From Eledone cirrhosa (lineage: Eukaryota), in NCBI GenBank assembly GCA_964016885.1, contig OZ024740.1, forward strand, positions 414,780,001 through 414,844,000: a stretch of DNA of 64,000 bases, given 5' to 3'. Positions within the stretch are counted from its first letter, which is position 1. Every line of letters starts with the position of its first letter. This document shows, one piece after another, positions 27,409-40,190 of this stretch. Both the position numbers and the translations under genes were made by a program. Under the pieces are notes generated by a model. That model was not told where the DNA came from, searched no databases, and saw nothing but the letters and a program-made list of their open reading frames with translations.

Positions 27409-27411
<3 letters not shown>
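27123..27411. mobile_element. Fold-back pLTR fragment of the same Penelope-like family as 55781-59285; hammerhead 27166-27230 (minus)
   Basis: Arms ~27123-27202 and ~27246-27326, tail to 27411. tattttgt-CTGATGA-...-GAAA-tatgta-TA-ataaaata. Confidence 0.8.
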
Positions 27412-27436
<25 letters not shown>

Positions 27437-27439
<3 letters not shown>

Positions 27440-28372
27440 CAAAATGAAAATCCGAAGGCAAGGTAAAATTCCAATCATTTAATCACGACCATGTTTCAAT
27501 AAGAGATAGATCGATTATGAAGCCATGATCGATCATCACTGATCTCATCAGGTGAAAATGAATTGTCCTCTACTTGCGCGCACGCGCGCGCGTGTGTGTG
27601 TGTGTAGCGTTGGTTAACACAATATTTCCGATTTACATCGTCAAATTGAGATTTGACCGACATAACTTCTGTTGCTTTGCGAACTAACTTTTCGGTGATT
27701 GCTGTGTTGGTACATTCTTATTAGTGCTTTTTCGCGGATATCGCTTCGGTGTGTGTTGGGGTGTGTGTACCCACCCACGCTAATTCTGCGGGTTTAATAC
27801 TGTGTTGATGTGTGTATATATTTGTATTTATTTTTATTTTTCTTTGACCTCGAGCCGATGTATGCGGGTGTGGAGGGTGTGTGTATCCACTTACTTCTAA
27901 CTGTGACTGACTGTATCCCTACGGATTTGTTTGATGTCCAGCGTCTTTTGCAGCGATAGAAGTCTGAAAACTTTTATGACCTCAATTTAAGCTAATAGCA
28001 GTCGCCTCGTCTCTGACTGACGTGTGTGTCTCCATATGAGGAAATGAATTATGTGAGGAAACATCGTTATTTTTTCTCCCTCATATCAAGAATTTGAGGA
28101 CAATTCATTATCACCTGATGAGATCAGTGATGATCAATCATGGCTTCATAATCGATCTATCTCTTATTGAAACATGTGTCGTGATTAAATGATTGGAATT
28201 TTACCTTGCCTTCGGATTTTCATTTTGATACTTATACTCCGTTTTACATCATCTAGCAGTTCCTTTGAATGGAATTGGAGATATACAAAAGCGTGGAGAA
28301 CTTAATATTGCTAACATAAAGTTATTGGACCATTTTACACAACCAATATTGCACTTTACTATATAACAACTA
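27437..28372. mobile_element. Fold-back insertion with hammerheads at 28110-28185 (plus) and 27482-27555 (minus)
   Basis: Arms ~27437-27570 and ~28096-28230. atcac-CTGATGA-(long stem II)-GAAA-catgtg-TC-gtgat. Confidence 0.78.
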
Positions 28373-29035
28373 TTAGAAATAAGAGGGATCAGATGTTGTT
28401 TACTCGAGAGAAGGCTACGTTGGTATGGTCACGCGATGCGCATGAAGGACGATAGTTGTATAACAAAGTGCAGGGCAATAAAGATAGACGGTAGCCATGG
28501 AATAGGCAGACCCAGAAAAACCTGGGACGAGCTGATAAACTCCGACCTCACACACTTACACCTCACCAAGACAATGTCACTGGACCGAGACCTTTGGCGG
28601 TACTCAGTAATAGAGAAGACCCGCCTTACCTAAATACAAAGTAAAACCTACTACAGTCAGTAGGCATCTCTAACAAACTACACCCCCATCCCACCACCCC
28701 CACCCCCACCCAATCCACACCGCCCCCTTCTATGTAAAGTTATGTTGGTGCCACACCATCCAGGCCCGAAACAAATGAGATTGTGTAGGTGTCACGACAA
28801 AAAAACACACAGTCCACGCTGTAATGTGGCCGTGTAGGCAACACGGTAAAAACCTCCCAGACCCACACTGTAAACGTGGTTGGTGTTAGGAAGGGCATCC
28901 AACTGTAGAAAACCTGCCAGACAGTCCTATGCGAGCAAGACAATCACTCTTGCCTCAAGTGGGAAAACCCCCGTCCAAACCCATGCAAGCGTGGAACACG
29001 GACGTTAAACGTTGATGATGATGATGATGATGATA
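28372..29035 (+). mobile_element. RTE family 2 3' fragment
   Basis: Near-identical to 49023-49675 (EKTRLT* plus 3' UTR). Confidence 0.92.
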
Positions 29036-29041
29036 TCATCA

Positions 29042-31356
29042 TAATCTATAAAGCTCAGTGTGTGGTCATGCTCCTTTCTTATAGAAATCTACGATATAGA
29101 ATTTCTTCAATTGAAATTTACAATTCAGTATTCGAAATAGCTTCGATTGCGTCTTGGCACATCTAATTTTTTCAATTTCACCCACAATTACGCAAAAAAT
29201 AGATAAAAATCAATATTTTACGATTTTTCTCTGTCATTTAAACTGCTAAACCCTTTCCACTACCATTCAAAATCTATACAACTTCATACTTTCTGCTACT
29301 TCCTCATTCCAAGCTTGATGGTGATACTGTCCGTTTTACTCTCTCATATCATCTGCTTACCTCTAACTACAACCCACACATTTTGCTACTTTTTCTTTTA
29401 TACAGATACATTTATTCAACAACAAGCGATAAATCTTTTTTAAAACCTCTTTTCCAAACGCATACAAACACACACTTACTTCAACAACAACAACAATAAT
29501 CTGCCTTTTATAGATAATGATAAACAATAATATCCTCTATGAGGTCACTAAACCTGCTAGAAACAGCAGCTAACTCTCCCCCATACCACACCCCTCCCTA
29601 ATGTCTTAAATTTAGAAAACATATCTTCTATGAGGTCACTAAACCTGCTAGAAACAGCAGCTAACTCTCCCCCATATCACACCACTCCCTACTGTCTTAA
29701 ATTTAGAAAACACATCCTCTATGAGGTTACTAAACCTGCTAGAAACAGCAGCTAACTCTCCCCCATATCACACCACTCCCTATTGTCTTAAATTTAGAAA
29801 ACACATCCTCTTTGAGGTCACTAAACCTGCTAGAAACAACAGCTAACTCTCCCTCATATCACCACCTTCCCTACTGTCTTAAATTTAGAAAACACACAGA
29901 CAACCATGCAGAACAACTCCATCGCAGCTCTGTTGTTCGGCTGGCATCGTCTACGAGCGTGTTGCGCAAGTACTGTGAAACAATAAATTTCAACACTTTT
30001 TTGCACAGAGATAATATCCATAGGCGAAACTACAATTGTCACTGCAGGCGCACCTCCTGCTTCCAGGTCTGCAATTCATTCACCCAGTGCCTGGCAGACA
30101 AAAAAGTGCTGCCATAAAATGGGTGGTGCAACCTAACTTTGGTAACTTAATGACCCCGAGCAATGCCGGGCTTTAATGCTAGTAATCTATAAAGCTCAGT
30201 GTGTAGTCATGCTCCTTTCTTATAGAAATCTACGATATAGAATTTCTTCAATTGAAATTTACAATTCAGTAATCAAAATAGCTTCGATTGCGTCTTGGCA
30301 CATCTAATTTTTTCAATTTCACCCACAATTACGCAAAAAAATAGATAAAAATCAATATTTTACGATTTTTCTGTCATTTAAACTGCTAAACTCTTTCCAC
30401 TACCATTCAAAATCTATACAACTTCATACTTTCTGCTACTTTCTCTTTCCAAGCTTGATGGTGATACTGTCCGTTTTACTCTCTCATATCATCTGCTTAC
30501 CTCTATCTACAACCCACACATTTTGCTACTTTCTCTTTTATACTTCAAACTTACTGATTTATTTACAAACGCATACAAACACACACTCACTTCAAATGAT
30601 AAAAAAACATTTAAAGCAATTAAACAACGTGTGTGATTTATAACCACACTAACTTTTAGTTGCTCAATTATTACATTTCATACGAAACGACAATTATTCA
30701 AAAGCAACAGATACATTTATTCAACAACAAGCGATAAATCTTTTTTAAAACCTCTCAACGAACGTGGATTCTTACAGACTTTGAGTCGAATTGGTTTGAA
30801 ATTGTGCAAATGTATAAACATGGAACATGTGCACACACACAGCAACAACAACAATCTGCCTTTTATAGGTAATGATAAACAATAATATCCTCTATGAGGT
30901 CACTAAACCTGCTAGAAACAGCAGCTAACTCTCCCCGATATCACACCACTCCCTACTGTCTTAAATTTAGAAAACACATATCCTCTATGAGGTTACTAAA
31001 CCTGCTAGAAACAGCAGCTAACTCTCCCCAATATCACACCCCTCCCTACTGTCTTAAATTTAGAAAACACACAGACAACCATGCAGAACAACTCCATCGC
31101 AGCTCTGTTGTTCGGCTGGCATCGTCTAAGCGCGTGTTGCGCAAGTACTGTGAAACAATAAATTTCAACACTTTTTTGCACAGAGATAATATCCATAGGC
31201 GAAACTACAATTGTCACTGCTGGCGCAGCTCCTGCTTCCAGGTCTGCAATTCATTCACCCAGTGCCTGGCAGACAAAAAAGTGCTGCCATAAAATGGGTG
31301 GTGCAACCTAACTTTGGTAACTTAATGACCCCGAGCAACGACGGGCTTTAATGCTA

Positions 31357-31357
<1 letters not shown>
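29042..31357 (+). mobile_element. Two head-to-tail non-autonomous Helitrons (29042-30182, 30183-31357)
   Basis: Each unit ends in a GC hairpin (cccgagcaatgccggg) followed about 8 nt later by CTAG. The array sits between a 5' A and a 3' T with no TSD. Confidence 0.8.
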
Positions 31358-31400
<43 letters not shown>

Positions 31401-31401
<1 letters not shown>

Positions 31402-31706
31402 GAGGCACATGGCTTAGTGGTTAGAGCATTGGCCTTGCAATCGAAAGGTTGTGAGTTCAATTCTCAGACCGAGTGATGTGTTGTTTCCTTGAGCAAGACA
31501 CTTTATTTCACATTGTTCCAGTTTACTCAGCTGTAGAAATGAGATGATAGGGACTGGTGTCCCTATCATTCCACGGCAAAAAAGCACCCAGCACTCACTG
31601 TAAATGAGGTTGGTGTTAGGAAGGGCATCGAGCTGTAGAAATCAAGCCAGAATCAGTTCCTGTCCCACCCTTGCAAGCAGGGAAAAGCGGACGTAAGATG
31701 AAATGA
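31401..31706 (+). mobile_element. tRNA-derived SINE family A
   Basis: Same head and tail as 13431. Other copies at 45621-45950 (+) and 52450-52759 (-); partial copies at 24320-24610, 38880-39220, 41880-42017 and 53505-53690. Confidence 0.88.
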
Positions 31707-32368
31707 TGTAAAAGGTAAACAGAAGTAACAACACAATCGGTACAGTATATGGAAGGGATATATTAGGTTAACACTTGATATAGCAGGAAGAGGGTTTTAA
31801 CGTTTTGGACGCTAGTCCTTCATCAGAAGAAAGAATGAGAAATAAGATAGATTGAGGGGACATGCAGGCTGGAATTGGAAAAAATGTCTTTAGATAAAAA
31901 TAACAGGTCCATTTATGTTGACAAGACACACACACAAACACGTATATAATGTACAGTTTTTACAATAGGCATACCATATCCCTGTGTGTTGTATAAGGCA
32001 ACTAAAAGGATTGGTGCCAGGAAGATAATCTGGCTGTAAAACACGTCCACAAAAAGTTCTGTTCAACTTATAACAGCACAGAAAGTTGGATATAGAAGTG
32101 ATGATGGTGATGATGATGATAAATAGATACACACATACATACACACACTCACAACCATACTAACACATATCATTGTTTTTCAATTGAAATTCTATCACTT
32201 ACCAAAATTGGCATGCTGGAATAATGCCAACACAACACTGACAACCAACTATGGGCCTTCCTCCCACCTCACTTTATAGTCAATGGTATTGATTTGTTTT
32301 TGCTATATTTTTGTCATGTTTCAGAAGATATTATTATTGCTTGTTATTCACCACAACCATCATAACCA

Positions 32369-32728
32369 TAGCAGTAGTAGTAGTAGAGGTGGTGGTGGTA
32401 GTGGTGGTAGTAGTAGTAGTAGCAGCAGTAACAGTAGAGGTGGTGGTAGTAGTAGTAGTAGCAGTGGTGATGGTAGTGGTAGTAGTAGTAGTAGCAGAGG
32501 TGGTGGTGGTGGTAGTAGTAGTAGTAGCAGCAGCTGCAGTAGCAGTAGAGGTGGTGGTGGTAGTAGTAGTAGTAGTAGCAGTGGTGGTGGTGGTGGTAGT
32601 AGTAGTAGCAACAGCAGAGGTGGTGGAGGTGGCAGCGGTGATGGTGGTGGTGGTAGTAGTAGTAGCAGCAGCTGCAGTAGCAGTAGAGGTGGTGGTGGTG
32701 GTAGTAGAGTAGCAGCAACAGCAGTAGT
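32369..32728. repeat. Compound trinucleotide repeat (AGT/GGT/AGC)n
   Basis: Low-complexity tract that produces poly-S/G, poly-V and poly-L/P ORFs. Confidence 0.95.
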
Positions 32729-35038
32729 TTCTAATAAGGGCACAAGACCAAAAAATGTTTTGGTAGGGAGGAGGAGTTAGTTGATTATATTGAACCTAGT
32801 AAATGGCTGGTACTTATTTTACCAACCCTGGAATTATGAAAGGCAAAGTTGACCTGAGTGGGACTTAAACTGAGAATGTAAAGAACCAGAATAGCAGAAA
32901 TGTGAGGCTTTAATGATTCTGTCAAACCACAGCCATAATAACATAATAATATTTACAATATTAACTACAATCTTAATTATAATAAAGAAAGGAGTGCGGG
33001 ACTGCATGTGGAATATAATTGTTTCCCATTTGCAAAATAAGTTGGATTACATTGAATAAATAATGAATAAATATTACATAAGTTATCTGCTAAATTTCGT
33101 AGCTTTTCATTAAATATATTTTATTGCTTATTTAAAGATTCACTTCTTTAAAATGTCAACATTTCCAGTTAGTGATCGCTTAAATAAACATTCATATATT
33201 TCCATCACTAATTTTCTCCTAATGCAGTTTATATATAATATCGTCTTTTTTTAATGTATCGTGGATTACGTTACTGATTACATAAGACAGTGTAACGCAG
33301 TCTTTGTTCAATTTCTGTGTATATTGTCAATTACGATTTTATATGATATACATATCTACATGTGTATATACTTGTGTATAATATCAATATACACGCTACA
33401 CATACTAGCAGAAAATCACCCAAAGGGTGGCTTTTCTGCTAGTAACTATAATAATAATTTACCACAAGATCAATGGATGAAGCGGAGAGATAGCTACATT
33501 GCCAGACTGTAGAGAATTGTGAGCATTGATCCCTAGTTTAGGCACAAGGTCAGTAATTTTGGGAGTAAGGGTAAGTTGATTAAATCAACCTCAGTACTGG
33601 ACTGGTACTTTATTTTATCAACCCTGGAAGGATGGAACACAAAATTGTCTTCAATAGGATTTGAACTCAGAATGTAAAGAACAAGAACAAATGCCACAAA
33701 ACATTTTGTCTGACACTCTAACAATTCTGCTAATTCACTGTGAATATTGACAACATTCTAGATGCAAAATGTTGAATCTTTACTTGCCAAAACACTGTAA
33801 CTACATCAGAGAAACATGCTACAAGGAAACATACCCACCAAACAGTTACAACTCCTCATCATCTAGGGATATTTGGTTCAGCAATAGTGCATGCCTGTGC
33901 ATCATCAGCCATGGCATATGAAGCAGAGAGTGTTGGCAGTAGATGGACCTTCTGATAAATGGAATGTCTCCCTTCCACAAGGAAAGAAAGAGCAGCTGAT
34001 GTTCCAGCCTGATCAGATGAAAACTGAGGTAAAATATGGTAGTCAGGCAGAAATATATATAATGGAGGCAATGTATGTTTGTTAACTTTGCCTAACCTTT
34101 CAGAAATAGTTTCCTGAGTCTATTTCTGCCAATCCAGACATTAACCCTTTAGCCAGGATTCTCTCACCTCTTTCTGCTCAAACTAGCTGTAACCGACCAT
34201 TCATACTGATGTTAAGGTATTGTTCTCAAAATAAATAATATCAAAATCTCATAGATTCGATATTATCTGAGATAATTATATGAGATAAAGCCTTTACCAT
34301 GAAAATACAATATAGAGTAATGTAAATGCTAAAGGGTTAAGCATTTTAACAGGATTCCTTCTGTCCAGTGATCCACAACACTGGCTTGCATTAGATGTGC
34401 TTCTCTGAGTGCCAAGCTCCTGTTATCATCTTTAGTAACCTGTCAATCATCTTGGTATCGGTTTGATGGATCATCACATGCTGAGTGAGTACTTAAGCAT
34501 AGCTACTGACCTCTCAGATGGGCTGGGTGACTGCATTTCACTTAAATATGTTTCCAAACACACCAGGTACTGACTTACATTTCTGTTCTCTCTCTCTCTC
34601 TGTATATATATAAATATATATATAAGAGAGTATTGAAGTTTGCTTGAAGCATTGTGGAATAATAAGATATATTTTCTTTAGGTCGTTTTGGAAGCCTTAA
34701 CAATGCAGATAGGTAATTCTCTGGGTAACAAGATCCGGTGGTGCAGAGAGAAATGTAAGTGAATGTAGATTGAGATGTATAGTGTGTAGAAGAGTGTAAA
34801 AAATAAAAATAATAACACGAGATAGAGTTACCTTGGGAGAGATTTAATTGTCCCTATATATTTCGGATTCACATCCATCAACTGGGTTTTTTTCCGGGGG
34901 GTGGGGGTTGTCTGTCGGAAAGGTGCGAAACATGTCCTCCGCTGTTCATTGTTTTGAATATCTGAGGTATTCAGCAGAGCGCGCGTGCACGTGAAATGGG
35001 GTCGGTCAAGTATAGGTCGGTAGCCGAAATAGTTCTTT

Positions 35039-35180
35039 TAATTGTGGGAGTGGGGTGGCGTTAGCTGTCAATCCATTGTATTATCTGCCCGTGCTGGTTT
35101 CTGTATGAGCTCATACAGAAACCAGCACGGGCAGATAATACAATGGATTGACAGCTAACGCCACCCCACTCCCACAATTA
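35039..35180. repeat. Perfect 142-bp spacer-less palindrome
   Basis: Centre gag|ctc at 35109/35110. Arms match out to taattgtggg/cccacaatta. Confidence 0.95.
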
Positions 35181-36183
35181 GGTCTCACTGCCATGCAGCA
35201 TTGCTGTTCGTATGCAGGCATCGTATAACCTGCCTTTCATTTTTAGGGAGAACCCTCTAGCGGCTAATAGTGGTATAAGCTCTCTGAACTTTTTCCATCC
35301 AGTTCTGACTCTAGCTACTGTACTTTCAGAGCACCCTCCCCCACTGCTGATTTTGTCACCCAGGTAACGGAAGCTGTCCACTATTTCTATAGAACCCTCT
35401 GCGCAGTTGAAGGAGCTAGTATTTTGTGGGCACTTGCTGCTACTTATTGCACCAGAGCATCGGCCACATGTAAAATCTATGTTCTTAGTTAGCTTACCTG
35501 TGATCCCACTACATCTTTTATGCACCCATACTTTGCATTTGGGACATAAAATGGAGTTTCTACCTACGCCTTTCCTACACACTGAGCATGGCCATTTCCC
35601 AGATGGGACCGCCGCCTTATTTTCTTTCCTACAAACTAGAACTTTAGTCTTAGCCAGGTTAATTTTAAGGCCTTTTGATTCTAGGCCGTGCTTCCATGTT
35701 TGGAATTTCTTCTCTAGTTCGGTCATTGATTCAGCTATGAGCGTTAGATCATCTGCGTATAGGTGTTCCCATGGGCAGCCGGTCTTGAACTCCTCTGTTA
35801 TAGCCTGAAGGGCAATAATAAATAGTAGGGGGCTAAGAACAGAGCCCTGATGGACACCAACTTTTACACTAAACTCTTCACTATATTCGTTGTTAATTCT
35901 AACCTTACTGACTGTTTCTTTATACATGGCTTGTATAGCTCTCACAAGCCATTCGTCAACACCTAGTTTTCTAAGAGACCACCAGATAATGGAACGGGGG
36001 ACTCTGTCGAAGGCTTTCTCCAAGTCGACGAAAGCTAAGTATAGGGGTTTACTTTTAGCTAGGTACTTCTCCTGTAGTTGTCGTACAATGAAAAGAGCGT
36101 CTGTGGTACTTTTGCCTGACACAAATCCGAACTGCATTTCATCTAGATCAATTCTCTCTCTGATTAGTTGCGCTATTACTTTT
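35181..36183 (-). mobile_element. Internal RT fragment of RTE family 2
   Basis: Nearly identical to 14672-15674, including YADD. Both ends are missing. Confidence 0.93.
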
Positions 36184-39100
36184 TGTAAGAGTTGTATATA
36201 CACAGTTATATATAGTCAGACTGTTAGATGGACAGACTGACAACCAGTTAGAGAGATAAAAAGAAAGAGATTTTATTTGATTTATCTAATTATGTGTACT
36301 AAAGTATAAATAGAAGCTGAAAGAGAGTTAGCTATCTACTAAAACATTCTGTTTTATAAGTAAAAAACAACAAAAACAAAGAAATAACATTGAATACAGT
36401 AAATGTAACTTAAAATAGTTTAAAATAACGAGTAGAATAGAAATAACCGAGAATAAATAAATTTAAAAAAAAAAGAAAAAAAAAGAAAAATAAGATAATT
36501 AAATAAAAGTATAAAGGGAGAAAACATATTTAGAAAACAAAATTTTAAAAAGAATTAAATTAAAAAAAATTAAAGAATAATTTCTGCAGAAATACTTTTG
36601 TTGTCATGTCTGCAGGGTGCTCCCCAACACTGCTGCACCCTAGGCCCATCACCCTCCCCATTCTTCTGGTACCCTACAGCCATTGCCTTTCTCTTCCTTT
36701 TCTGTTTTTAAAGAAGGAAAAACTAGATGGATAGCGACAGTAACATGCCCAGGTTCCATTTGTTCTCATATCTCCAACAATGATTTGGGCATCTTTGCTT
36801 AGTTTGTAAATATCATCATCATCATCATTTAACGTCCATCTTTCATGCTAGCATAGGTTAGATGGGAGTTGTCCACTTGAGGCAAGGTTGGTTGGGTGAC
36901 CGTGTCTCGCTCATATAGGACTATCTGGCAAGTTTTCTACGGCTGGATGCCCTTCCTAACACCAACCACATTTACAGTGTGGACTGGGAACTTTTTACCG
37001 TGTTACCTACACGGCCACATTACAGCGTGGACTGTGTGTTTGTCATCACACCTACACGATCTCGATCTCATTATCTCATTTATTTGGACTGGATGTTGTG
37101 GTACCAACTTTACAGAGAGAGGGTGGTGTTGGTGGGAGTGGGAGGATAGGCTAGGGGTAGTGGATTGGAGTGTATATTAAATATCAATATAGATATTTCC
37201 TCATGCTATACTGATGGATAAAACTCTATAAGTGGCAGAATGAGAGTAACTGTGCATGTGTGTCTATGTGTGTGTATATATATATATGACCCCTTAGCCT
37301 TTGTCAAGGCAGAATTCTAGGAGAAGGAAAACTCTGATATAACACCTGCAACCCTGATGGTATCCAATGATGTTGACTTGTTCTTCTTTTTGGTAAATAT
37401 CATCTTGGTTAAGAGAGTGGGACTGGTTTTGTGCAGTGCCTTTGCTCACTATAAAAGCTTCACGGCACATGCATTGCTTTGTATCTGGAGATCTCTCTGC
37501 ACTTGTCGTCACATGGTACCAAGGGCCCAGCACTATGTGTCAATAATTGTCACAGATGTAGTGTTTGTACCAGAGTTTTCAGGTCGCTGGCTGGACTAAA
37601 AAGTCACACTCGTTCAGCGCATTGGTATGAGTTCTCCTACATTCATATAAAGTAGTGGCCGTACTCGAAAACGAGTTGGCAGCCACCATATATATATGAT
37701 GGAATAACACACCAAACTTAACATATTAAACAATTTCTGATGCAATATATCACCAATATTATGTAATTCTTATATTTGTTTTAAGCCAGTTGTCTGATGA
37801 AGGCTTGGCTGTCTGAAATATATTATGTAACCAGCTAACAGACAAAACCAGAAATGCACATAACAGTTTATTGAATTAATTAAAATATGAAAAAAATAGC
37901 ACCCTATCTTTGCAATCATTCAAATATATATATATATATATATCATCATCATCATCATCATCACCGCTTAATGTCTATTTTTATAGTTTGGGTTGGGCAC
38001 TTTTTGCGTGTCGCCATCACAATATATATATATTATCATTATCATCATTTAACATCCCCTTTCCAGCAAGCAAGAGCTGGATGGTTCATCAGCAGACAAG
38101 GCTTGTATTCAAAGTGGAGGTACTGACCTCAAGGTGGGTCAGAAGCCTGCATCTCATTTACATATGTTCCTACATCCTACCAAGTGCTCAGATGGCTCAG
38201 CACCTGGCTTAGATATGATCCTGCACACTATTGAGTACATGTGACATTAAGGAGGTTGAAGTGTCTTTGTTAGGGCTGAGGGGTCCTCCCGGCCCTTTCT
38301 TTGGCAGGTTTTCTAAAGCTGGATGCCATTCTATCACCAACCACTTTACAGAGTGTACTGGGAATGTTTATTGTGTAAATCACTAACACTAGAAAGGTTA
38401 GCTGAAGAGTCTATACATATATAGAACCCCCCCTGCTAGCACGGAAAATGGACAACAAGAAACATTTTACAACCATTTTCTCTTTTGGAGGCAATATTTT
38501 ATGTCCTTGTGATTAAATAATTCAAGAAAGTGGTGGAATACTTTGTGGCATTTAATTGACTATCTTTGTATACTGACTTCAAATGTTACTGATCAAGTTT
38601 AACTTTCAATAATCTCCCGTAGCTCCTGCAACATCATTAGAGGAGACGGTTGATAACAGAAATACTAATCTGGCATCAATGAAACTGACAACTTCTGTTG
38701 CCCTTATGATCTTGTGCTTTGCTCAGGTACCCTCCATAATGGATCTAGTAAAGTTTGAAATTGCAACCAACTGGTCTGTAGTCCATTACTGTACCTTAAC
38801 TGTTTTGTTAGGTAAGTGCTGGTGCCACAACAAAAAGCACCCAGTACACCTTATAAAATAGTAGTACATCATCATCACCATTTTTACGTTCGTTCTTCCA
38901 CGCTAGCATGACTTAGATGGGTTGTCCTGTTGTGGGCAGTGTCCGGTCGGCTGACCTTCTCTTGCTCATACGGGAACTGATTCTGGCTTGATTTCTACAG
39001 CTGGATGCCCTTCCTAACACCAACCTCATTTACAGTGAGTGCTGAGTGCTTTTTTTCCGTGGCGCCTCACGTCCACTTCACAGTGTGGACTGGGTACTTT

Positions 39101-39909
39101 TTTTGTCATGGCACCTCCACGTCCACTTTACAGTGGAATGATAAGGACCCCAGTCCTATCATCTCATTTTTACAGCTGAGTAAACAGGAGCAATGTGAAA
39201 TAAAGTGTCTTGCTCAAGTGTACAGTACATACGCTAATGTGGCTGGCAGTAGGAAAGGGATCCCTAGAAACCCAGCTAAAAACAGAGGGTACAAACGAGA
39301 GGTGGTTACCTAACCAGTCTAGCCTCAGTGGTTGACTACCTGTCTAACTTATGCAAAGAGTGCTGCTGCTGATAATGATGATGATGGCATTTCTAATAAA
39401 AAACACTGCCTATTATTTTCAGACCCTTTTGAAAATAATCAGGTATTTGGAGGAATTTAGTAATATAATTAAAGTTTGCTCTATCAAGCTGGTGTTTGGA
39501 GCACAACATAATAAGGTTTCAAACATGATTGATGGCTTTTTTATAAACACTTTAACCCTTTAGCATTTATACCAGCTGTATCTGGTCAGAATTCTCTCAC
39601 CCCTTTCTGTTCAAAACAGCTGTAACTGGCCGCTCATACTTATGTCAAGATATTGTTCTCAAAATAAATACCAAAATCTCTTAGATTTGATATTATGTGA
39701 GATAAAGCCATTACCATGAAAATACAATAGTATATATAGAGTAATGTAAATGGTAAAAGGTTAAAATATATAGTTTAGTATTGTAGAACAAGGGGTAGTT
39801 TCAGGTGTTTGGGTATTGAAAGGATTAACTTTACAACAAGACTGCCACTATGTAATTAAATGGATAATTTGAAATGATAAAAATAATATTTTTTTATAAG
39901 GACTCTTAC

Positions 39910-39952
39910 CTTTTTCAAAATAAAACCAACTCCAACATTGTGAACAGCATAC
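39910..39952 (-). CDS. MLH1: MLH1 coding exon (human exon 7 equivalent)
   Basis: ttgtag|(R)YAVHNVGVGFILKK|gtaag. 43 bp, in phase. Confidence 0.92.
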
Positions 39953-39994
39953 CTACAATAGAACACAAGAAAAAGATGAGCTTATTATAAACAG

Positions 39995-40190
39995 GATGGC
40001 AGTGGATTGGCAGTATTGGTAGAGGGTTGGACACCATGCTTTGCAGCATAGAGTTACGCCCCTTTATGATCTGAGTTCAAATCCCGCCAAGGTTAACTTT
40101 GCCTTTCATCCTTACGGGGTCAATAAAATAAAGTACCAATAACGCACTGGGATAATTGCTGGCATTGTGCCAAAAGTAGAAACAATTATA
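39995..40190 (+). mobile_element. tRNA-derived SINE family B with a Nin-like central domain
   Basis: TGGCAG..TGG A box, GAGTTCAAATCC B box, then gcctttcatcct..ggggtcgataaaataaagtaccag. Copies at ~660-880, 23695-23870, 32728-32935, 33530-33740, 41115-41215, 42290-42470, 43440-43620 and 54540-55085. Confidence 0.82.

Noticed and set aside
32283-32780. Gly/Ser-rich or His/Tyr-rich protein ORFs
   Set aside because: Translations of a compound trinucleotide microsatellite.
37788-37832. Hammerhead (CTGATGA-aggc...gtct-GAAA)
   Set aside because: Core and stem II are present, but I could not place a valid NUH triplet against stem I. At most a degenerate copy.
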